From IMG/VR virus record IMGVR_UViG_3300025598_000023, positions 47,325 to 111,324 of that record: a stretch of 64,000 bases of DNA, one strand, 5' to 3'. This stretch comes from a virus. Each line of letters begins with the position of its first letter. The stretch's first letter is position 1. The position numbers and the translations under genes are program-made. A model generated the notes under the pieces. It worked only from the letters and a program-made list of their open reading frames with translations. It did no database searches and was not told the DNA's origin. Below are positions 55,816-64,000 of this stretch, piece by piece.

Positions 55816-56174
55816 TGGCAACAGTTTTTAGAACCTGTGCGTTATTTGATGAAACATTAAAAACACACGGTGCTGCGGTTCTAAAAGCGTTTGTTGATTT
55901 TAAGAAAACAAAAGAAATAAATGCCATGATGCCATACGGTAGCAAAGATCATCCGTATAGAGGCAATGGTCCGCTTGGTTTACATAAACCTAAACTCATA
56001 CATGCTGGTATGACTTTTGATATAAGTTTGATTTATAGTTTAAGCGGACAAAATCCACATGTTATAAATTTGTATGGTTTCTTTACCCACGACGAAAGTG
56101 GAACAGGAAATCCACCTAAATCTAAAATACAAAAATCTTTACTTACAAAAATTTCTAATCAACAGATGAAGTAA
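55815..56174 (+). CDS. YafQ/RelE-like mRNA interferase
   Basis: KDHPYRG...IHA..DISLIY...INLYGFFTHDE follows the YafQ pattern DH.L.G...H...D.LLIY...GTH.E. Confidence 0.5.
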   Translation: MATVFRTCALFDETLKTHGAAVLKAFVDFKKTKEINAMMPYGSKDHPYRGNGPLGLHKPKLIHAGMTFDISLIYSLSGQNPHVINLYGFFTHDESGTGNPPKSKIQKSLLTKISNQQMK

Positions 56175-56178
56175 TTCA

Positions 56179-56952
56179 TTATTTTTCGGCTTTTCTTTTT
56201 GCCCACCATGCCTTTATTCTGATACTCTGTTCTTCTGCATACTTTGTATCATTTTTTCTATTTTCAGAAAACTGTTTTCTTTTTTCTTTTCGTTCTGGTG
56301 TATTTGCCGCTTTTTTTTGTCTCTCAATTCTAATTTGTTTTTGCTCTTCGGTTTCATTTTGATAGTATTTTTTTATTTTTGCACTGCATTTTTCTGAAAA
56401 TTCTGCATTGTTTTTCTTTTTATTATTATTTTTTTGTGTTTTTTCTAACCATTGCTGGTCTTGTGATCTTTTTTGTGCAGCAAGAAGTATTTTTTCATAA
56501 TATTCTATATCTGTTTCATATTTTAATTTTATTGCGTTGCTTGTTTTAATTTTATTATTTTCATTAGAATAATATTCCGTTAACTTGTCTGATAGTTTTT
56601 TACTTCTTTTTGGATCATTATATATTTTTCTTTTTTCAAGGTCTGTTTTAAATTTATTTGTTGCGCCGCCATCTCCACCATTTGCAATATTCATACATAA
56701 AAAATTATCTTTTATTTTGTGTTCATTTATTACTATTGTTTCAAAAACATCCGCTTCTTTTTCATTATTACATATATGAATAGTTTCTCTTTCAAACTGT
56801 TCTATACCATATTTTTTTATAGCTCTACGTAATAAAAGACCACTTCCCAAATACCCATCAAATGCATGTGGATCATCTAATAAATTTAAATGTTTTCCAA
56901 TATAATATTTTCCGTTAATTTTATTTGTTGTTTTGTATATAATCCAAATCAT
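56179..56952 (-). mobile_element. Free-standing GIY-YIG (Seg-like) homing endonuclease
   Basis: IIYKTTNKINGKYYIGKH...YLGSG...E...NIANGGDGG plus Lys-rich tail. ATG at 56952, 5 nt after TAAATA. Very AT-rich. Confidence 0.8.
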
Positions 56953-56956
56953 AAAG

Positions 56957-57127
56957 TTATTTATCAAAAAACTTTATTCGGCGTTCTACTTTTTTAACCC
57001 ATTCTTTGCTTGGATGACCACTACCACGATAATATTGCAGCACTTTTTTAGGGTTGGACTTGCTAACTAAAGCCCAACGACCCTTTACTTTTTTAAGCGT
57101 TTCACTTATAAACTCATGCGCTCGCAT
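56957..57127 (-). CDS. 56-aa putative internal head protein (not in ORF track)
   Basis: MRAHEFISETLKKVKGRWALVSKSNPKKVLQYYRGSGHPSKEWVKKVERRIKFFDK; SD AAAGGTGA. Confidence 0.6.
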   Translation of the reverse strand: MRAHEFISETLKKVKGRWALVSKSNPKKVLQYYRGSGHPSKEWVKKVERRIKFFDK

Positions 57128-57138
57128 TTATATCACCT

Positions 57139-60100
57139 TTAAACTTCACGAATAAAATATATTCCTCGTTCATAACCATTTCTTAATGTATCATCAAGAC
57201 CTTGTTCTTTATAATATTGTAATAATAGTTCATATGCTTCTGTAGGTGTAGCCGCACCAACATCCATAATTGGTGAAGTGCCATTAAAAGTTGTGTACAA
57301 TCTAAACACCTTTGGTGCAGTAGGACTACCAATACGGTTTAGAATTTCATCATTTGGTTGTGGTTTTGGTTGTGGTTGTGGTTTTGGTTTTCTAACACCT
57401 GCTGCGTATTCTTGTGGTGTCCATAATTCAAAATCACCATGATTGTATTCTATGCTACGTGCTATTCTGTAATAATTTTGCTTTAGTTTTGTTATAGCAT
57501 CATCATAACTATTAGCACGAACACGCAAGTATACCCATCTGTTAGCTGTGCTTATTACATAAAACTCTTGTTTGCCTGAACCTATTACGTGAGCAAGATT
57601 TATATCTTGTTTGCCCAAATTAGGAACACCATAGCCAGTTCCAACACCTTCTAATCTGCGAGTACCACGATAGATTAGCATAGTGTTATCATGCGCTGCT
57701 GCATATTGTGTTGCAATTTCTATAACTTGTTGTAGCGTGTATTTTGCTGGATCAAACATACCAATTACATGGTCGTTGTAATCTTCAATACGATATGCAA
57801 ATGCTTCATATGTTAATTTGGCAGATGGTTTAAAATCTAATTTTTCTGCTTCAATCTTATTGATTTCTCTTGCAATAGCAGCAATACTACTATTAAAATA
57901 ATCATATGTGCTTAAATTTACAGCATTTCGCTGCTCTTTAGTCATATTAGGTATAAAATAATTTTCTATAGCACTTTCTGCTTCTTCTCTACTATATGTT
58001 TTAGGTAGCAACATTACTGTTTCTGGGTAGTATCTGCTTGTTCCTGTTGATAGAGTCATTGTTGCATGCCAAACAGAATAAAACGGCCAATTAAACACAT
58101 AATTGCTTGGGTTTTGATTACGTTCACGTAACCAATCATTTGCAAGTTTAACTATTTCATTTATTCCTTCGCCACGAACTTCTACAACACTATCGCCATC
58201 ATTTGATTCAATATTGGCTACAATTTTACCCTGACCAATTGGTTTTACAGGCTCACGTTTCTTTTGTGCAGCAGTTACTTGTGCAATCAATTCATCTTTG
58301 CTGATGCCACCAGCAACATATTTTGCAAAAATATCAACTGTGCTTGTAGGTTGTTTAATGCTATCTACAATAAGTTTATAAAACTTTTTAGCATATTCTT
58401 GTTTGCTATCTTCTGGGTCAGCAGCAGCAGCCATTGCACGAACATAACGCAACATAGTATTGCGTATTTCATCATATTGTTCAAAGTAATTGCCACCAGC
58501 ACTGCGGAACTCAATATAGTTAGACTTGATATTCACGCTTACATAACGGTCGCCACGTGTGCCACTAATAATTTTGTTTATTTCTTTATTAGTTTGGTCA
58601 AGTAAACCAACACGTGCATCATCCAATATTTGTGGTAGCGTCTTGCGGAAATCACGCATTTCTGTTGCTTTCTTGGCTTGGTCAAGCATACTTTTAGTCC
58701 AACGGCTGTTTAGACGACCAAAACGTTCTAATACATATTTGTCACCAAGCAACAACACAAGTTTAAGGTGATTTATGTTTTCCATAGTTTGTTCTGGAAT
58801 ACTAACGCCAATATGGAAACCAGTTGTTCTATTGGTATAATAACCATTACTTTTTGCCCATTTAAACACGGTTTGAAGCGCAGCAAGACCATCATCAAGC
58901 AGCATAGGTGGTGATACAAGTTCAATGCCACCATCTTCATCATCATTTGGACTATCAAGTGAACTATCTGGTTCAAATATCCAAGTGCTTTCATCACGTG
59001 ATGCATTATGATAGCCACTGCTTGCTCGTGCTTTATAACCAGTTGTGCGTCTAAAATCATCTACAACATCACCAATATCTGTTGTTGGTTCTCTACTGCT
59101 GGTATATGTATAATACGGCCATGACAGTGATTCACGAGTATTGCGATTTACCCAACGCATAAAGTCATACATATCATCAATGCTATTGCGACTTATGAAA
59201 TTACGCCAAACTTCATCTTCGTTGTTTTCCATCCAAGCGGTGCGAACATTATCTTTGGCATCATCAAGTTCACTTTCACTTGCTTCATCCATAGGCGTGT
59301 CGCCTAATTCTTCTTGAACCTCTGCTTTCCAATCTGTAGTATTTTCATAATTCTCGTCATAAAACTCATATTGGTATTCACTAAATGCTTCATAAAAAGA
59401 TTCTAATGCACTTTCAACCTCACGACGAGTATTGATTCCATTACCGCCAGTAAAGAAGTTCATAACATCACGTTGACGATCACGATAGGATGCACTGCTT
59501 GGAAACTCTTCGTTGGCATCCATATCCTCTTCTTCTTCCTCTTCGCCTTCTTCACCGCCAAGACCAGGAATATACATTTCGGTTTCAAAACCAACCTTCA
59601 TGCTCTTTGCAAATGGTGTATCAGCAAACTTTTCAAGAGATGTAGGACTCATATTGATTTCATTGAGGATACTTTCTTCAATGCTTTCGTTGCGAGGAGC
59701 AAGTTGAACTTCATAACTCTCATCACCAAGATGTTCGTTTGACCAAGATTCAGCATAGCGTTCAGCACCACGAGGTGATGCTGCACGGAACTCATGGACT
59801 ACACCGCCTCTGGCAATAATTTGATATTTTACACCTTCGGCAGCAGTGATATTAGTTTGCTGTCTTGGGATAGCATTGCCCGCAATATCATAACCACGAT
59901 CAATTTCTATTTGTGAATATTGGCGTGGTTGTTCTGGTTGTGGTCTTGGTTGAGGAATTGTTTGACCTTGTGTATCCCATAAATTATCATTGTTGGGTGA
60001 TCTTATAGCAATAGTTGCTAATGGAAGACCACGCTCTTGCGCAAATCTTTGTGCTGCTTGACTTGCTTGGTAAAAACTGCGTGCTTGTGTTGCTAATAAT

Positions 60101-63100
60101 TCTGTGCCATCGCTGCGATTTACAACAACATATGTTCCACCAACATTACCAGATTGTGTTTGTGCTTGTGTGCCAGCACCAGCAATAGGTGTCATTGTAT
60201 CATCATTTGCTAATGTCAAGTACCAAGAGTCTTGATTATAACCATATTCACTTGTTAATCGATTAGCCGTTTGAAGAGCATAATTTACATGTCTTTCACG
60301 GAACTGTGCTATTGCAGTATTATCGCTTGCTTTACGGATAACATATAATTCACCATTACCAGGTATTCCAACTGTGCGTGTTTCTTCACCAGTGGTAATA
60401 TTATAATAGTGTTTAACACCCATATAATCTTGGCGCAGTTCTACACGACCATTGGAAATATCGTGTTGATGCAACCAACGATCTGCTAAATCACGTGCAT
60501 CATTAAGATTATCCGCACGAATTTTTTTGAATTCTATATCTGTATTATAAAAAACTATTGTATATTCATTAGAACCGCTACCAAGTGCTTGTTCATCACC
60601 AGTAAAACTAATTGGCGGCAATGTTGGCACAAGATTACCTGTAACTGCACGTGTTTTTACACGAACCAATCGTGTATCGCCAAAACGATAACCATTATAA
60701 TCTGCCCAATCACGTGCGGTTTTATAAGCAGCGTATGGATCATTACTATAAAAAGTATGGACCGTTTTGCCAGCCACACGATCCATAATTTGATATTCTT
60801 CTGTGCTTGGATTTTTACCACGACTAATATCACGCTTTGCTTGGACATTGCGAATTTGTGATAGCAGTGCTGCTTTTGGTATAGTGCCGCTTACATATTG
60901 TGAGAAGTATTTGATTGTATCTGTATCTTCTTTTTTAGCACCGCTTGCTAAAAGTTTATAAAACTTTTTAGCATATTCTTCTTTTTCTGCTTCTGGATCA
61001 AGTGCTATGCTTAACGCATAAACCGTGCGATAAAGTGTATTGATAACCGCATCTAAATCCATATCTAACCAATTACCACCAGGACTGCGTATTTCTATAC
61101 GATTATCTTTGGTGTTGATACTTGTAAACTTGTCAGTATATGTATCATGGATAATTTTACTTACTGTGCGATTTAAGTTAGAACGCATAAGTGATAATGC
61201 TTGTTCTGCTTTGGTAGGATCACGCTTAATAACATTTTCAATATTATCAAGTGCGCTCTTTGTATAGGTATTACCCAAACGACCAAAAGTATCTAATACA
61301 TACTTGTCGCCTAAAAATAATGCCATCTTTACATAATCAAGATTTTGTAAATTATAACCTGGTAAACTTACATTCATATGCAAGCCAGTAGTTCTGTTGG
61401 TATAGGCATTACCTTCTTTTGCCCATGCTGCTACTTTCTTAATAACATCAACCATATCAGGTATTTTAAGTGCTGGTGCAACAAACTCCCAACCTTCACC
61501 GCCACGACCACTACTTGCGTGTAGACTGCTATCAGGTTCTACTTTAAAGTATCCAGCTTTTTGGGCTTGTGCGTGATAACCGCCGCTAACTTGAACTGGA
61601 TAACCAACTGCCTGTCTAAAACTTTCTGCTGGTGGACCATTGCCTCTTGATGGACGATTATCATAATCTGGTTCTGTCCAATATGGCCAATTTAAATCAT
61701 AATTATTTGAAAAATTACTAAAATAACTACCGCCAGTAGTATCATCAAGAAAATCTTCTATTGGATCGCCATTTTCTTCATAATTTTCAAGCCAATCATC
61801 ATAATGTGATTTTTTAAATGCAGCATATGTATCTAGCGGTGGCAATTCAGGAAATAGTTCAGTTTGGTTTGCAATATCACGACCATATGTTTTGTCTAAC
61901 CATTGTTGATATCGTGTATCGGTTTGGCCGCTTTCAGGACTGTTAGCCCATGTATCAAACCTAATAGGCAACCATTCATCATAGTCTTCTCTTGCTCTTT
62001 CCAATGCAGATCGAACATCGCGGCGACTATTATGATCGCCATAGAAGAAATCCATGATTTCACGTTCAAAATCTTGCCAATCACTTGCCCTTACGTAGCC
62101 ATCATAACCAGCATAGTCTGGTTCGCTTTCAAAGTCCTCATATGGATCATAATCATCATCATCCGCATCTTCAAACTCGGTAACGATAAGTTCAAACTCT
62201 AAACCAGCCTTTGCAAGTGGTAATTTATCAACTGCACTTTTAAGCGCACTTGGACTCATATTCACTTCATTAAGTAGTTCTTCGGTAATTATATTGCTAT
62301 CACCTACTTCAATACCTTCAAGCCATGGAATCTTTGGACTGCTTGGTTCACCCATCATATGTTTATCCCAAGGAAATACACCAGTTTTACGGTCGGTTAG
62401 CACAGCACCGCCTCCAACAGTTCCTAAAATACTATTTGCATGTTCAATTTTTTGTTCTGGACCAAACTTCTTAATGAATTTTGCTTTGTCTTTTGGCATT
62501 TCGTAGTCCAGTGAAATTTGGTTATCAATTTTCCCACTCTCATCAGTTATTACATCAACTGCAATATGCTTGAATCCAAGTGCAGTTTGTGCATATACAC
62601 GATACATCTTTTTAAGATCATCCAAGAAACCTTGAACAAAAAATGTGAGAGTTGCTTTTGCAAAACGCACATATCCAAGTTTAAATGCTTCTTCATAACC
62701 ATCAATGTTTTTACTATAAAGCCACCCCAGATGTTCTTCTTTCGTAACATAAACAACTTTACGATCAGGCAATATCCAACCATGTGTTTCATTTGGATCA
62801 AGTGCTTCTTCAACACTTTCTTTCTGCTGTGCTTCTGCATCCCACTTCTTGTGCAAGAATGTCAGTAAACCCTTTACATCATTGGCACCAATCTTGCGCA
62901 TAGCAGCGATAATTTTAGTTGCCGCTTCATAACCACTGTTTCCTGGTTTACGAGCATTGGTAATTTCATTGCGTAGTCCAAGGTCATCAGCAAACTGACC
63001 ACCATTCCAATAGGTCAAACTATAACGCAGTTTATTTGCTTCTTTGGATAACTCACTGCGGCTCTTCTTAAAGATGAGTTCTAACCAAGGTTCAAGATAT

Positions 63101-64000
63101 TTCTTGCCATTGTAAGTGCTGATATAACCAGTCTTCTTTTGTCCACGTAGTAAATCTTGCGCTTTACTTACTGGTATTGCTCGCTTGGTATCTTGTAACT
63201 TCCACGCATTTTCATCACTATAAAGATAAGTTGGTAAACCACGCTTCTTTGCGGTCAACATCAACTGACGAGTAGTTGGACTTGCAAACTCACCTGCTTC
63301 TTTAAGCAAGATATGAATTGCTGTAATAGCATCTGCTGGTATAGTTGGCTCACGTGAGAATACACGGTCTTCACTTTCACTGTGCTTTTGCTTATCAAAT
63401 CCTGCCCAATAATCAATAGCCTTTACTAGATAACGACGATTGAACCAGTTGCCATCAAGGTTAAACATAACGGCAGTGCCGCCAGTAAACTCGTGATAAC
63501 CACCTACCTTGCTACGTGTTGTGGATAAGAAATAGTTGTAACCTTTCGGTGCATACTGGTCTTCTACACTACCAGTAGAAATGCTCAACATAAACTCATT
63601 GTTTTTAAGAATGTTTAATGCTGCACCCACGGAACCTGTATAATGGAACAACACTGGTGATGCTGCTTCGTCAAGTTCTGTTTCTTCTAAATCTTTACGA
63701 TGACTGCGCTTGTAATATGAACACCAACCATTTGCCGCAATCTTGCCACTAACAGCCGAACAACCGTGCGGTGGACGCCACATAGTGCAGTGGTCACAAC
63801 GCTGACCATCGTGTGGCATATCTTGATACTTTGCAACTGCTTTGGTTGACTTTTCTGCTGCTTCATTCGTTCTATACTTTGGTAAACCATATAAGTCTAA
63901 ATCAACACCGTGAGTTGAACCATAATCTGTATTATCTACATTAGGTTCATATGGCTTACGACCAAGTTTCACAAGTTTTGGGTTATCACCCCAATCACCG
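57139..64000 (-). CDS. Giant modular protein: HiPIP domain, unknown domains, two putative amidoligase domains and repeats; start lies beyond the window
   Basis: Frame open to the window edge (..GDWGDNPKLVKLG). CxxC..C..GWC HiPIP motif. Two copies of GxExE..EPDSSL..E[F/L]V.P..TNRTTG.H..V..IE.RS.GG. Confidence 0.75.
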   Translation of the reverse strand, partial: GDWGDNPKLVKLGRKPYEPNVDNTDYGSTHGVDLDLYGLPKYRTNEAAEKSTKAVAKYQDMPHDGQRCDHCTMWRPPHGCSAVSGKIAANGWCSYYKRSHRKDLEETELDEAASPVLFHYTGSVGAALNILKNNEFMLSISTGSVEDQYAPKGYNYFLSTTRSKVGGYHEFTGGTAVMFNLDGNWFNRRYLVKAIDYWAGFDKQKHSESEDRVFSREPTIPADAITAIHILLKEAGEFASPTTRQLMLTAKKRGLPTYLYSDENAWKLQDTKRAIPVSKAQDLLRGQKKTGYISTYNGKKYLEPWLELIFKKSRSELSKEANKLRYSLTYWNGGQFADDLGLRNEITNARKPGNSGYEAATKIIAAMRKIGANDVKGLLTFLHKKWDAEAQQKESVEEALDPNETHGWILPDRKVVYVTKEEHLGWLYSKNIDGYEEAFKLGYVRFAKATLTFFVQGFLDDLKKMYRVYAQTALGFKHIAVDVITDESGKIDNQISLDYEMPKDKAKFIKKFGPEQKIEHANSILGTVGGGAVLTDRKTGVFPWDKHMMGEPSSPKIPWLEGIEVGDSNIITEELLNEVNMSPSALKSAVDKLPLAKAGLEFELIVTEFEDADDDDYDPYEDFESEPDYAGYDGYVRASDWQDFEREIMDFFYGDHNSRRDVRSALERAREDYDEWLPIRFDTWANSPESGQTDTRYQQWLDKTYGRDIANQTELFPELPPLDTYAAFKKSHYDDWLENYEENGDPIEDFLDDTTGGSYFSNFSNNYDLNWPYWTEPDYDNRPSRGNGPPAESFRQAVGYPVQVSGGYHAQAQKAGYFKVEPDSSLHASSGRGGEGWEFVAPALKIPDMVDVIKKVAAWAKEGNAYTNRTTGLHMNVSLPGYNLQNLDYVKMALFLGDKYVLDTFGRLGNTYTKSALDNIENVIKRDPTKAEQALSLMRSNLNRTVSKIIHDTYTDKFTSINTKDNRIEIRSPGGNWLDMDLDAVINTLYRTVYALSIALDPEAEKEEYAKKFYKLLASGAKKEDTDTIKYFSQYVSGTIPKAALLSQIRNVQAKRDISRGKNPSTEEYQIMDRVAGKTVHTFYSNDPYAAYKTARDWADYNGYRFGDTRLVRVKTRAVTGNLVPTLPPISFTGDEQALGSGSNEYTIVFYNTDIEFKKIRADNLNDARDLADRWLHQHDISNGRVELRQDYMGVKHYYNITTGEETRTVGIPGNGELYVIRKASDNTAIAQFRERHVNYALQTANRLTSEYGYNQDSWYLTLANDDTMTPIAGAGTQAQTQSGNVGGTYVVVNRSDGTELLATQARSFYQASQAAQRFAQERGLPLATIAIRSPNNDNLWDTQGQTIPQPRPQPEQPRQYSQIEIDRGYDIAGNAIPRQQTNITAAEGVKYQIIARGGVVHEFRAASPRGAERYAESWSNEHLGDESYEVQLAPRNESIEESILNEINMSPTSLEKFADTPFAKSMKVGFETEMYIPGLGGEEGEEEEEEDMDANEEFPSSASYRDRQRDVMNFFTGGNGINTRREVESALESFYEAFSEYQYEFYDENYENTTDWKAEVQEELGDTPMDEASESELDDAKDNVRTAWMENNEDEVWRNFISRNSIDDMYDFMRWVNRNTRESLSWPYYTYTSSREPTTDIGDVVDDFRRTTGYKARASSGYHNASRDESTWIFEPDSSLDSPNDDEDGGIELVSPPMLLDDGLAALQTVFKWAKSNGYYTNRTTGFHIGVSIPEQTMENINHLKLVLLLGDKYVLERFGRLNSRWTKSMLDQAKKATEMRDFRKTLPQILDDARVGLLDQTNKEINKIISGTRGDRYVSVNIKSNYIEFRSAGGNYFEQYDEIRNTMLRYVRAMAAAADPEDSKQEYAKKFYKLIVDSIKQPTSTVDIFAKYVAGGISKDELIAQVTAAQKKREPVKPIGQGKIVANIESNDGDSVVEVRGEGINEIVKLANDWLRERNQNPSNYVFNWPFYSVWHATMTLSTGTSRYYPETVMLLPKTYSREEAESAIENYFIPNMTKEQRNAVNLSTYDYFNSSIAAIAREINKIEAEKLDFKPSAKLTYEAFAYRIEDYNDHVIGMFDPAKYTLQQVIEIATQYAAAHDNTMLIYRGTRRLEGVGTGYGVPNLGKQDINLAHVIGSGKQEFYVISTANRWVYLRVRANSYDDAITKLKQNYYRIARSIEYNHGDFELWTPQEYAAGVRKPKPQPQPKPQPNDEILNRIGSPTAPKVFRLYTTFNGTSPIMDVGAATPTEAYELLLQYYKEQGLDDTLRNGYERGIYFIREV

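Noticed and set aside
392-63890. Numerous short antisense or alternate-frame ORFs in the track (e.g. 14124..14750, 34572..35222, 37683..38324, 33755..33985, 42168..42467)
   Set aside because: They are shadows of well-supported genes or run through terminators, with no motifs or RBS.
1-64000. Stop-codon reassignment as in some jumbo phages, or a cellular/eukaryotic-virus origin
   Set aside because: Genes are full-length and tightly packed under code 11. SD sequences, sigma70 promoters, tail fibres and T4-like replication genes indicate a bacteriophage.

Overview
A 64-kb, AT-rich, densely coding segment of a large T4-like/jumbo tailed phage (Caudoviricetes, myovirus-type gene set), standard genetic code. 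An alphaproteobacterial host is weakly suggested. The + strand (1-26803) holds the 3' part of a giant baseplate-type protein, three paralogous tail fibres and a stand-alone chaperone-like domain. These are followed directly by GT-A glycosyltransferase-like genes, six tandem radical SAM genes and a Trp-rich repeat protein. The - strand (26772-64000) holds: a sugar-nucleotide operon (DHFR, ThyA, SDR epimerase, two DegT-family aminotransferases flanking a DesII-like radical SAM, resembling the desosamine pathway core); a MoxR-type ATPase/VWA pair split by a B12-radical SAM cassette; replication genes (5'-3' exonuclease, sliding clamp, PolB); a cluster of proteins with T4-like capsid-targeting N-termini; a GIY-YIG endonuclease; and a >2280-aa apparent polyprotein (HiPIP plus two amidoligase modules) that runs off the window end. 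A small + strand YafQ/RelE-like TA pair lies inside this block. Reading the raw DNA also gave two ORFs missed by the track (a 38-aa ArfA-like protein and a 56-aa head-protein-like ORF), ten sigma70-type promoters, a recurring TAAATA late motif, several probably leaderless starts, two 3'-UTR hairpins with anti-Shine-Dalgarno loops, and a gp43-operator-like hairpin before polB. All assignments come from motif recognition by eye; no searches were run.
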